From Perna viridis (Eukaryota), in the NCBI GenBank assembly GCA_037379345.1, contig CM074518.1, forward strand, positions 19,716,001 through 19,780,000: a stretch of DNA of 64,000 nt, in the 5' to 3' direction. Shown one piece after another: positions 14,343 to 25,764 of this stretch. Position numbers and translations under genes: made by a program. The notes below the pieces were generated by a model. The model did not search any database. It was given only the letters and a program-made list of their open reading frames with translations, and was not told the origin of the DNA. Within the stretch, counting starts at the first letter, position 1. Each line of letters opens with the position of its first letter.

Positions 14343-15290
14343 TTGATGTGTTTAAAAATATGCCAGACAATGAGCTACAATTCTCAGAGTATACTCTCAG
14401 TGGAAGCAAAAGACGAATTAGACTGGTGGATACATCAGCTAATTCATTGGAACGGACGGACAATGTTATCCATTCAACCAACTGTGTTGATTCAGATAGA
14501 GATGCAAACAATCAAGGATGGGGCGCTGTTTCAGACAAAGTTCGAATTGGGGGTTAGAACCTCAACAGTAAAATCTCTCAATATAAATGCCAACGAACTT
14601 ATGACAGTAACAGATGCTGTAAAATCTTTCTGAAGGACAGAAACAATGTACATGTTGTGGTTCCACCAGACAACAAAACAACATTGACATACCTGAACAG
14701 GATGGGTGGCACAGTTTCCAATGTTTGCAACACAATTGCTCTAGATCTGGACTTGATGTCTACAGAGAAGTGTAGTAATCAAGGCAGATTTCATCCCAGG
14801 TCGGGAAAACCTGATAGCAGACTGGGAGTCCTGGTATCATGCAGACTCGAGCAATTTGAAACTTCGCCCACTGATTTTCAAATGTTTGATAGATCAGACA
14901 ATGAAATGCAACATAGATCTGTTTGCAGACAGAACCAATGCTCAAATTCCAATTTACATGAGTTGGTTACCAGACCCAGGGGTTATTGCATTCAATGCAA
15001 TATTTCATCCTTGGAACAATCTCAAGGGGTATGATTTCCCCCCTTTTTGCCTAATTGCACAATGTCTCAAGAAAGTGAAAGCAGAAAGATCAACAATAGT
15101 TCTAGTTACCCCAGCTTGGAATGCACAACCTTGGTACACAACACTACTGGAGTTGTCAGTCCAAGACCCCATTCTATTGCCGAAGTTCTACTGTCTCCTC
15201 AGGGGAATCAACATTCCCTGATTCAGAACAATACCCTTCAACTAGTAAGGTGGCTTATCTCGGGAGATCCTATCAAACAATTGACATAAA
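14343..15290 (+). pseudogene. DIRS RNase H plus Dam-like (N6-adenine) methyltransferase-like domain, frameshifted
   Basis: IDLFADRTNAQ...DPG...NA...W...YDFPPFCLIAQCLKK...VTPAWNAQPWY is the typical DIRS1 MTase-like module following RNase H. Confidence 0.85.
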
Positions 15291-16240
15291 ATGAGGTAAA
15301 AAAACTTCTCCTTAAATCCTGGGGTCAAGAGAGTCAGAAATCGTATGATTCGGCCTGGAATAAGTGGGTTATCTTGTGTTTGGAGAGGAAAATTGATCCC
15401 TTTTTGGCATCTCTAACTGCCATCCTTGAACTTTTGGCCTGGATGTATCACAAAGGTTTTCAATATAGAACAGTCGATGTGCATAGGTCAACTCTTTTAT
15501 CTATTTTACCCCATATCGATGGCAAACCAGTCGGTCAAACTTCTATGGTTAAGAAACTTATGCGGGGTATTTTACGTGAAACTCCTGCTCTTCCTAGGTA
15601 CCAAAAATGTGGGATATTGATATTGTTCTGAAGTTTTTTGTCAATCTTGATTCAAATTTTGAATTAGATTTTAAAGTTTTGACGAAAAATTTAGCTATAT
15701 TATTAGCCGTTGCTGCTCCAAAAAGGTCTTCAGAACTTGCGCGCCTAGATACAAGGTTCATGCATTTCAATAGTGTTGGGCCAAAATTTCAACTTCCAGG
15801 TTTATCAAAAACACAGAAAGATTGTAATTCAAGGGAAATATTTTACCCTAGAAATGATGCAGATAAGAAGTTATGCGTAGTCAATTGTTTACAGGTGTAT
15901 TTAAAACATTCGCCAGAGTCCATAAATGAAGAAAATATGATCCAAATCCTTTATTAAGAATTCTGGTTAAGCCACATAAAGAAGCATCTGCTAATACGAT
16001 GCGAATTGGATTAAATATATTATGAAGAAGCAGATATTGATACAAATAAGTTGTAAGCCCATTCTACTCGGGGCTCATCCACTAGTAAAGCCAAGCAACA
16101 AGGAATTTCTATAATAGAAATATTGAAATGCGTTATTGGGCAAATGTCTCAACTTCTAAACGTTTTTATCGTAGAAACCCAGCAGAACCAGAGGAAGATG
16201 GTAGCTATCGGATGAGAGTTTTGGATGTGAATTTAGGTAA
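15290..16240 (+). pseudogene. DIRS tyrosine recombinase, frameshifted
   Basis: SYDSAWNKW; YRTVDVHRSTL; WDIDIVLKF; LLAVAAPKRSSEL (catalytic R); AHSTRG (HxxR, ~16057-16074); WANVSTSKRFY (W..Y). Confidence 0.87.
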
Positions 16241-16273
16241 TTAAATTTTATTATATATTTTCGCTTTAAACGT

Positions 16274-16390
16274 GCAATGCTATATCTTATGAGTTTTCCG
16301 ATGTATAATTGAAGATTTGTAAAAGACGTTAAACGTATGAAATGAAATCAAGATTATACGAAAAAAATGAATAAGATATAACATTGCAAT
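16274..16390. other. DIRS internal complementary region (ICR)
   Basis: First half (TATATCTTATGAGTTTTCCGATGTATAATTG) is complementary to the left terminus at ~13172-13202. Second half (AAACGTATGAAATGAAATCAAGATTATACG...ATAAGATATAACATTGCAAT) is complementary to the right-end extension at ~17055-17114. Confidence 0.9.
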
Positions 16391-16915
16391 CCCACCCTCC
16401 CGAACCCGGGAATTCAACATGATTAATATGGAATGAAAATCATAGCAGATTGAATGTATCAAACACATGCACATGCAGAAACACAGTCTTATATGTTTTA
16501 TACCATATTCAGGTGTTTTTCATATTTTAAAAATCTGATGTACTTTCAGTATGTATTTACTAGATGATTCATAAATCTAATATTTTCTGTTTTCCATTAC
16601 AGCCTTGCAAGATACGGATAATGAAGTAAATGACAATTCGTAGGTTAAGTTTATTTAAGATGGACTCTTCAGTGTTTACAATGGACTATTATATAACAGT
16701 GGTGTATTGTAGATTGACATTTGTGGTGTCGATTTTTGTAAGTGAATTAAATCATGTTTTTAAGAAAATGGTGTGTTCATTGTCCAAGTCTTATATAAAT
16801 GATTATAATTGAACAGCAGATTATTTCAAGGGTATGGTCTTGTTGTCATTTATTTTCACTTGAAAAGGGAAAGTCTTTAGAAGATATTAAGGGGCATCAT
16901 GATATTATGTATATC

Positions 16916-17115
16916 AACTAAAATGGAGAGCAGTTATAATATCTCACCTTCGTGTTATAAATCTGTGGTCACTCAGGTGTCCAGTTGGTTTTTTATACTC
17001 GAGTGATTTTTTAAACAGTTCGTTTATTCTCGCAATTGAGTAAATTTGAAGGCAATTGCAATGTTATATCTTATTCATTTTCCTCGTATAATCTTGATTT
17101 CATTTCAGACGTTTA
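16916..17115 (-). repeat. DIRS right ITR plus right extension
   Basis: Complementary to the left ITR and to the second half of the ICR. Confidence 0.9.
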
Positions 17116-17329
17116 GCATCTTCTAGAAATCTTCAATTTTCAGCTTTTTAATATATTCAAATGACAAAAAAAAAACTGTTGCTTATAAAATCATTCGATC
17201 TATCATTCATATGTATAAGTCTTAAAAAAATCGAATTGAACATGGGTTTTCTAGGGTAAACATTCTTAATATTTTAATCGTACAACTAAAGAACTTAGGT
17301 TAAATTTCTTGAACTACACATGGTAGAAT

Positions 17330-17532
17330 TCCTTATTTGCCTGTTTTGGCTTTCCATATCTTTATTGTTGTTTCTTATTTGTGTGGTTGTTTGTTTTTGT
17401 ATTTTTGTGTGGTTGTTTGTAGTTGTTTCTGTTGTTATTTTATTTTTTTTTTTTTTTTGTTTTGTGTGTTTTTTGTTTTTTGTTTTTTGTTTTTTTTTGT
17501 TTTTTTTTTGCTTCTGTTTTTCTTTTTTGTTT
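17330..17532. repeat. T/GT-rich low-complexity tract
   Basis: Runs of TTTTG and poly-T; explains the spurious F/V/C-rich and K-rich ORFs here. Confidence 0.85.
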
Positions 17533-17599
17533 CGCTGGGTTGAAAAAGCTAAATACACGAATGTAATTTGTTATTCTAATTTTGAATGGACAACGAAAA

Positions 17600-18668
17600 A
17601 AAGTCGATGTGCAAAATTCTTCCATATGGTAGTAAATGAAGGAAGGGTCTGGCTGAAAGCACTTGTTGAGGATAGATTGAAGTCAAAATACCCGGGCTTG
17701 ACCTTGAAGGAGTAAAAGCTAATCGTGAATACTTGTTCATAGATCCCATTTTAGAAAAATGGCGTAACAGCATAACAGATGAAGCTCCTGATCCTTCAGG
17801 TTTTAATAAAATTCTACAATTAAGAAAGAAACCAAACAATTAGAGAAATCACTGTTGTCCCCTATCGAACATCCTTCAAACAAGGAGGAATCCTATTGTA
17901 ATACGGTCGGTGACCTCTCAAAATCATTGCTCACGATGCGAAACGAAATTGTGCATAGGACTACAGGAACCCTCTCTGAGTATGAAATGCAGCTTGATGA
18001 TATAAAATACATCGCAAAACAGTTCAAAATAAACAACGGCAAACCAAGAGGTTTTTATGTTGGTAAACTTGTAACGTCAATTTGTGGTATTTTTGTCGTC
18101 TTAATTATTTTTTTAATCTAAGCAACCAATTTATTAATAATTGGTTATTGCAATTTGCAGGCGGTGTTACAGGTGGTGTTTTTGGACTAACAGTTGATGC
18201 AGCAACTGCACCTACAAAATTTGTTTCCATGTGTTTAACATCGATGAATAGAGATAAATAGAGATTTGACACTGGCCGAAGGAATAACGCATATCATTTG
18301 CATTTTCAATTGTAAAATATATTGTAAATATGCAATGACGTGAGATTTAGGTACTTCTCTACCTCACATACTAAGATGATTTACAATAAATGCGATTTGA
18401 CTTTTTGTCGCTTATTCGATCGGTACAATTACGTATTTACTATTTATGGTCGACTTTTAATATCCAAGAAACCAATTTAATAAATTATTTGCTTTTGAAA
18501 CTTGCAGGCGGTGTTACAGGTGGTGTTGTTGGACTAACAGCTGATGTAGTAACTGCACCTACAAAATTTTTAATCCATGCGTTTAACTCGGTAAATAGAG
18601 TTTTGACATGGGTTGAAGGAATAACAAATATCATATGTATTTTAAATTGTAAATACGCAATGATGTGA
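17600..18668 (+). pseudogene. DZIP3/hRUL138-like HEPN-domain gene remnant with duplicated candidate terminal exon
   Basis: SRCAKFFHMVVNEGRVWLKALVEDRL ... TVGDLSKSLLTMRNEIVHRTTGTLS (RxxxxH), with a stop and frameshifts in between. A phase-1 donor TTG|GTAAAC (18062/3) is compatible with acceptors TTGCAG| at 18160 and 18507. Confidence 0.55.
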
Positions 18669-18725
18669 GATTTAGGTACTACGCTACATAACATACAAGG
18701 ATGATTTGCAATAAATGCGATTTTT
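18120..18725 (+). repeat. Direct tandem duplication (~18120-18398 and ~18468-18723)
   Basis: Both copies contain TTGCAGGCGGTGTTACAGGTGGTGTT...ACTGCACCTACAAAATTT...TGAGATTTAGGTACT...AATAAATGCGATTT. Confidence 0.9.
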
Positions 18726-20865
18726 GGGAGTTTAAAAAAGCTTGCTTCAAAACAGTTTAAGATTTTATGTATGATAAAGCTAAAAAAAAGATTGCATTGT
18801 TATTTTGTTTTTATTTACGCCAAACGTGATATTTGCCATTGCTTATTTTATACATTTAAGGGGAAAGATACAATTAAGTTAATAAAAATATTCGATCGGT
18901 AGGATTAAGTATTTACTATAAATCATTATCTAGAGATTAGTATATAATGGAACAGAATTTTTTTAAAGATAACACTGTATTTTTTTTTATCCAAGGTTAA
19001 TTTTGGAGTTGTTGGGCTTGCCAAGGTATATTATTTTACTGGGAATATGATATATGTAAACACTTTCAATCACCTCGTTTCTTTTGTTATTGTTTGGATA
19101 TTTAAAGTACACCTGAGTAATAAGTAAAAGCCTTAGATTTTATTAATCATATCTTACCAAAGTTTCAATCAAACGTTGATAGCAAAACCTCCCAAAAAAA
19201 CCAGACACTACAAGCTACGATTTTACGTGTCCTGCCCACAGTCCACTAAAACAAAATTGCATTAATGCAAAAATAAAAATGTAGTTTTTCATCAATAAGA
19301 AATATAGAATAAAAGATACTTTCAAGTTCTTTTTTGTCTCCATCCTTAAAATTGTTTTAAAAAAATCGTTGAGGCAACCTGAATTGAAAAAAATGAAATA
19401 AATGATAACATTCTACCACAATATCTTACACAGAAAATTACACTATCATACAGAGGCTATTTTAAGGGGATATTGGTGAGTTGAGTTGGCTTTGAAATTG
19501 AATATGCATTGTTGTAGACAGTTTTTATTAATAGTGATCAGACACGAGTGTACAATTCGCCATTGTACAAAAATAAAAACATGATACACCATAATGCTGC
19601 GAAAGATGTCTAAACTTAACCCTGATTCAACTAGAAACCAATCCTCTTGAAGTTGTGTTTCAATTGTCAATGTAGGAATAATCTTAATTTACCAAACACG
19701 TGACCTTCAATCTACAGACTAGTCAGTTAGACAGATGCTTATACAGGTTACATTGTAAAAAAAATGTCTGTAGACACAGGAGAGAAAAGTGTTTAAAGTT
19801 TGCTTGATTGAACAATTGAAATGCTATTTTTTTAATTTTAAGATTTGGTTTTAAATGTGTACATAAAATTGGGAATAATGCCACAAAATTTCGATACAGT
19901 TGCAAATTGATCTTTATACAATGTGATTGCTAATAACGTCGTTTGCCATTAGCATAATTTTGTCTGTATAATATTTCTTTGTTTTAAAATATATAGTCAC
20001 CATTTAGTATAAATATCGTTTTAAAGATTATGTTAATGTTAAAGATATTGTGATTAAACTTCATTGAAATAGAAGAGACATTTATATTTTTTACTTATAT
20101 GCGTTGGTAATTAAGAAATTTATCTCGATTGAAGCCATTTCAAATTGTTTAAATCACTCGCCCTTCAACTATGTACTTGTTGTAAGATTATGTTGTTTAA
20201 TTATAGTTAAGGATACATTGTTTGCAATTGTTAGATAATGGAATATTAACAACTTTGGGTCGGTTACGTTAAAAAAAGGCTAAGCAAAGTCATTCATATA
20301 CCATATTCAAACTTACAATTAAAACAATTTTTAAATTGTAATTAAAAAACGGAAATAAAATCATGACAGATTGTTTTTGTCTTAATATGAAACATTATGT
20401 AGCGCGAATCAGTACTATCAACTGTCAATCGATAGCACCATTTGTAATTTCCATGCATGCTGTTAGTGTATTTGGATACTCTATTGCAGTAGTTGCGTTA
20501 TTAAAGTAGTAGATTATATGAAAGGGACAATGTTGATCAATACCGATAATCTTTTCATAATTTAACAACAACAAAAATATATCTGTGTAAACACTTTTTG
20601 TCTGTTTTAATATATTAAAAAAATAAAAATAACCAATAGTTCCTTAAATGTTATTCTAAAGATTGGTCAGCTTCATGCATATTATCGTAATAGGGTACTT
20701 TTGATACTTTTACGTATACGTTGTGTTGACATTTTAATACTAAGTAATCAGACGTAAAATGACAATTGATCATGTAGCATTTATTTTGAATAAACAATAT
20801 AATAAGCTTATTCTTAATACTCTTTATTGCACTTTTCCACTGAATGTCTAATAAAATGTACAATG

Positions 20866-21127
20866 GAAGCTTTATTCAGTCGATGAACATGAAATGGATG
20901 ATAAAATGAACATGAAATGATGATAAAATAAACATGAAATGATGATAAAATAAACATGAAATGATGATAATGAAATGAAACAGGGGATTGGATACATGGA
21001 TAATAGGATCGACTAATTTTGATTGTCACAAGTAAAACGGAGGGATGGGTAGCGTCGGGCAATTTAGCCTCCTATGGCAGAGCTCAAAGGTTCCTATTCC
21101 TATCAAATACCACAGCAGGATTCTTTA
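20866..21127 (-). mobile_element. 5'-truncated copy of the structured SINE-like element
   Basis: Matches 51470-51663 (GTCGGGCAATTTAGCCTCCT..GGC.GAGC; AATACCACAG; ATGAACATGAAATGATGAT). Confidence 0.8.
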
Positions 21128-23676
21128 TATCATTGTCCTGTTGTCAGATTTCTTTCTTGTGAAAAGAGTAGTTATAAAAAAGCTTGGTTATATAATCAAG
21201 GTGATTATACAGAATACCGCAGGAAATTATCTCTCTTTGACTGGTATGTAATTGTTTGCAATTACATCACCAACAAGACCACTATTGATGTAACTGATTG
21301 TTTTCTGGAAGCGACTCAGACAACGATACCTAGCCGGATCATGACTATTCGTAAGGACGAACTGCGATGGCTTACTAGTAACATTCGTCGACGCATTCGA
21401 TGGAAAAATCGGAAAAATAGGATCCATAAAATAGCGAGACGTACAAACAATCCTGGCGATTGGAGAAGTTTCGTACAATCCGCAATGAAGTAACATACCT
21501 TATTCGTAAATATCGGAGCGATTATCAAAATAAATTGATTAATGACTTGTCTGAGGTCACATCTTCGACCGTTCTTGGTTGACGACATGCAATCTTATAA
21601 CGGGCATGAAATCTTCCCACTCGGGTATTCCTCTTTTAGTGAGACATGATGATCTTATTTTCGACCAATCTTTGACATTAGGAAATTTTCTATTTTCTTG
21701 GAAACGTGACTCCGGTCAAGACAGGAGCACCAAGTGATGTAAAGTACTACAGACCAATTTCTTTATTATGTGTCATGTCTAAATGCATGGAAAGTTGTTG
21801 TGTTTATAAATATATGTACAACTTTTTGTTAGACAATGCTGTCATTACACCGTACCAGTCTGGCTTTACTCGTGACGACTCGGTGGTTAACCAATTGGTA
21901 AATATCTTAAATGAAATTGGGAGGCTGGTCTGCAGAAAGGAGTTCAGGTTTGTTTACTGTAATAGCAGTAAAGCTTTCGATCGTGTTTGGCACAAGGGAT
22001 TTATTTTCAAAATTCAAAATTATGGCTTCTCGGGGGCCGTTTTAAAATGGAAACTGAATTATTCGTCTGGCAGATGCCAACATGTCGGATTAAACGGGTC
22101 CAATTTAGACTGGATGGATATAAACGCGGGTGTTCCGCAAGGTTCTATTTTAACACCCTTGCTCTTCATTTTATTTATAAATGACATCGTCGAGGAAATT
22201 CAAGCCGAGGTGAGGTTTTTTGCCAAAGACACTAGTATTTTTTTTATTGTTGATAATCCAGTGTTATCGATGGAAAGGCTAATCTCTGATCTAGATGCTG
22301 TCCATAATTGGGCCCAAAACTGGTTTGTGACGTTCAATCTCCAAAAAACCGAGGCTTTGACGAACCTATCCAGCCAGAACTCCAGATGACCACTGTGTAT
22401 ATACAAGAAGTTCTCAATCATAAACATCTCGGCATCAATACATCAAATAACGGGTCGTGACATGAGCACATACATTCAATTGTCGACAAGGCATATCGCC
22501 GTTTAAACATCCTTATCAAATACAGATTTTTGCTCGACAGGTTCTCACTAGAAACCATATATATGTCCTGCATACGACCGATGCTCGAATACGGAGATGT
22601 CGTGTATTAACACAAGACTCATAAATAAAATCAAATCGGTTCAGCTGGAGGCAGCTAGTATCTTGACGGGTGGCACAAAATTAATGTCACTGAGAACGTT
22701 AAGCCACGTTACGTGAAGGACACAAATTAGTTCTATTCCATAAAATGGCTAATGGTATAATTTACAAAATACGATTCCTAATCTCGTCGGCGACCGTCAT
22801 AATCATAATACTCGTCAGGCTCATCTCACAATCCGAAACCCGAGTAAGAACTCAAATCTTTTCCGATTTATTTACCTTTTACTACCAAATCGTGGAATAA
22901 TCTTCCTCCTGATTTTCGAAACACTGAGTCTCCTAATGTTTGAAAAAAGCATGTAATTCACAAAAAAACGCCCAACATATTTCTACGCGGGTGATCGAAA
23001 AGAACAGGTTCTACACGCTGCTCTACATATGAATTGCTCCTCGCTCCGTGAACACCTATTTGATGGCAACCTTATCAATTCACCTAATTGCGCATAGTAA
23101 AATATTGAATCCACTTCCCATTACTCACTCAGATGCAACCGTTCTACTCAGCTTAGACAAGACACGTTTTCGTCTCTTCCCTTTCCGATTACCTTTGACG
23201 AATACACTCTACTTTTCGGCTCTGCTGATTTTTCAGATGATCAAAACAAACTATTATCTTTACAAGTCGACAAGTATATCATTGACATTAAACGGTTCTC
23301 TTGAAATGCACTTCAACTTCACACATTTTTTTTCAGTTCTACTAAAATTTTCTTATAATTCAATTTCTTTATTACCGTTCTTTTGTGTGTCTCCCTATCT
23401 ATGTTTCTTCTTTCTACATTTTTGTGTTCATTCTATATTGTTAAAGTTGGTATCCTCTGTATTCTATACTACTTTTTCACTATCCGTTTACTTCTAGCAT
23501 TTCATCGTCTTATCAAATTCCTACACAGAGCATCAAACCATGTTATATGATATTATAATTGCCATATTTTATATGGAGATGAATTAATATAAACTTTGCA
23601 AGTTTCCTGATCCAGTGTGTATTATTGTACTCTGTAAAATTCAAATAAATTTGACTGAATAAATATGTTTAAACTA
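21128..23676 (+). mobile_element. CR1-clade LINE relic (endonuclease end, RT, C-terminal Cys region, 3' UTR)
   Basis: HCPV; YRPISLLCVMSKCME; QSGF; SKAFDRVWHKG; AGVPQGSILTPLLFILFIND; FAKDT (decayed FADDT); tail AATAAATATGTTTAAACTAA. Confidence 0.88.
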
Positions 23677-25248
23677 ACTAATGGGGATTCCATTTGGGAA
23701 GAGAATTTGTCTATAGGGAATGGGGAAATTGCATTGGTTAACAGAGGGATGGTATATGGTGTGAATTGAAATTTATACCATTCAAGAGCTGTAGGAAGTT
23801 TGGGGTTAGATTCCCCGAGGACGACGTTGATTAATTCTTAAATAATGTATTGTTTTGTAACTTGTATTTTGTAAACGTCAAATGATACCTATTTTTCTGA
23901 ATGAATGTTTTTATACAAATATTTTATGGTGAATTATTTTCGGAATTTGTATCTTTATGAATATGAATAATTAACGACTGTCCTTTTCATTCAAACTTTT
24001 TCCCGCATTGAAATTATCTCAATGACAGGTGCGTGAATTGTCATTGGTCAATTGGCTTGATATTATGTTATGAATTACCTGAATTAATAATACTCAGGTG
24101 TGACATGAATAGCAGATAGTCCTATTTAAATGTTTGTTTATAAGTTTGTATTCCATTTCGTTAAATCTATTGTTTCATTGTTAGATTAACATTTGCCAGT
24201 TGCTTAAATGGCACTATTTTACCCCCATTAAAGAAAACAAAGCCGAAATCAAATATTAATGTTATAGTTTTAGCCAATTACATTCTATCATTACTTATTT
24301 ACATTTTTGTGTAAACTACCATGTTTTTTTTCCATTTTCAAACAATATATAACAATTATTCTAACAAACATGAACAAATGCATCACAAAACACATATTTT
24401 TTTTTTAAATCACAAATGTAACACAACAAAATGTTTGATTGCAGAAGTGGAAATACCAGAGTTACCGAGAAGGATCCGTGGCAATTCCATTTTCAGCAAC
24501 ACTTGTTTGTCATATATCAATTTTGCACAGAGATGACTACTGTCGTAAATCCTCTTTTAATAAGTTTGGTGCTGTTCGTTTCTGAACTGAACATTTAATG
24601 GCCGCAGTTTTTCCAGCAATAACATATATTTGTTATCTATCTATTTTTTTTTCTGATATTTAATTGATCCGATTATTTTAATTCTTTTTATTTCAAAAAT
24701 ACTATTACTTTGCTGTTGTTTACAGTTTTAACCCTGTTGAAGCCTCAAATTAAGAATATACATTATAAAAGAAAACGTCATTGAGTATACGCATATAAAT
24801 GTATTTAGAATATTGAAATTAATATATAGCATTTTTAATATTATACAAATTGTAACTCCCATCTACCAAATTCAGTCAGCAATTTCCAAAAGCATATCAT
24901 CGATGTTTTTAAATGAAACAATATGTTTTCATTTGTTATCTTCCTTCTTATTATCACTTACTTTTGTAGAATTTGTTGTAGTGGCGATTATTTAACACAT
25001 GTAAAACATTTATTTTTTTTCAGATCTGTAGACCTTGCTCCCATGGCTCACATGTTCAATCCCCTTTTTTATAAATGAAAAGTAGTGATCTTCTGAGCTA
25101 GAAAGCCGCCATAGGTCTCTTTAACACCTAAAAGTAGTTAAAAAATTAGGTACCCCCAAATTTATCACAGAATAGCATATTTATGATAGCACACGTTCCT
25201 CACGTTAGGTCTCTTCGTTCTGCAGTCAGTAAACCCGAAAATTGACTA

Positions 25249-25760
25249 CTCGTGCAGGTCCGGGTGTTAAAAGAATAGGCCTGCAGCAGCGCTAAGCTTG
25301 TCGTAAAAGGCGACTAAATAGTGCTCGAGGCCCTGGCCGGGGGCTGGGGCGCTCTGTCCACAGAGCGTCTGGGATATGTGCCCCAGGTGGTGGAATGGGA
25401 TACCCCTGATGTGTTACATGCTGGGGTTGTCAAGCTATAATACGGAAAACCTGACCGCAAACCATGGTGCACCGTGTTGGGAAAGATGCCACGTTCCTCG
25501 CACGTTAAAGAACCCTACTGTGGTATTCTTCTGGAGTAGGAACCATGGGGCTCCACCACAGGAGGCTAAATTGCCCGACCCTATCCACCTCTCCCTATTT
25601 CCAGTGACATTCAAAATTTGTCGACCCCCATTGTCCTTGTGTCCCATCCCTTTTCATTTCATCATCACTTCATGTTCATTTTATCATCAATTTGATGTTC
25701 ATTGTCTGAATATAGCTGAAATATTGCTGCTCGGACGTTAAACCCCAACAAACAAACAAA
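25249..25760 (+). mobile_element. Full-length ~510-bp SINE-like retroposon with structured non-tRNA head
   Basis: TSD CGAAAATTGAC (25236-25246 / 25761-25771); core GCACGTTAAAGAACCC; tail GGACGTTAAACCCCAA(CAAA)n; highly similar inverted copy at 51423-51921. Confidence 0.88.
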
Positions 25761-25764
25761 CGAA

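Larger units (their letters stand above)
13160..17115 (+). mobile_element. DIRS1-like tyrosine-recombinase retrotransposon, decayed, RT domain deleted
   Basis: Inverted terminal repeats, internal complementary region, RNase H (ELDWW..WNGR; DANNQGWGA; NINANEL; DNKTTLTYLNRMGG), methyltransferase-like domain and tyrosine recombinase, in DIRS1 order. Confidence 0.92.

Noticed and set aside
17295-17625. Hydrophobic and lysine-rich ORFs (membrane protein-like)
   Set aside because: They derive from a T-rich low-complexity tract.
25249-25330. Canonical HDV-like or twister ribozyme in the SINE head
   Set aside because: A CTAA after a hairpin resembles HDV J4/2, but no P3/L3/P1.1 or convincing P2 could be built, and twister core residues are absent.
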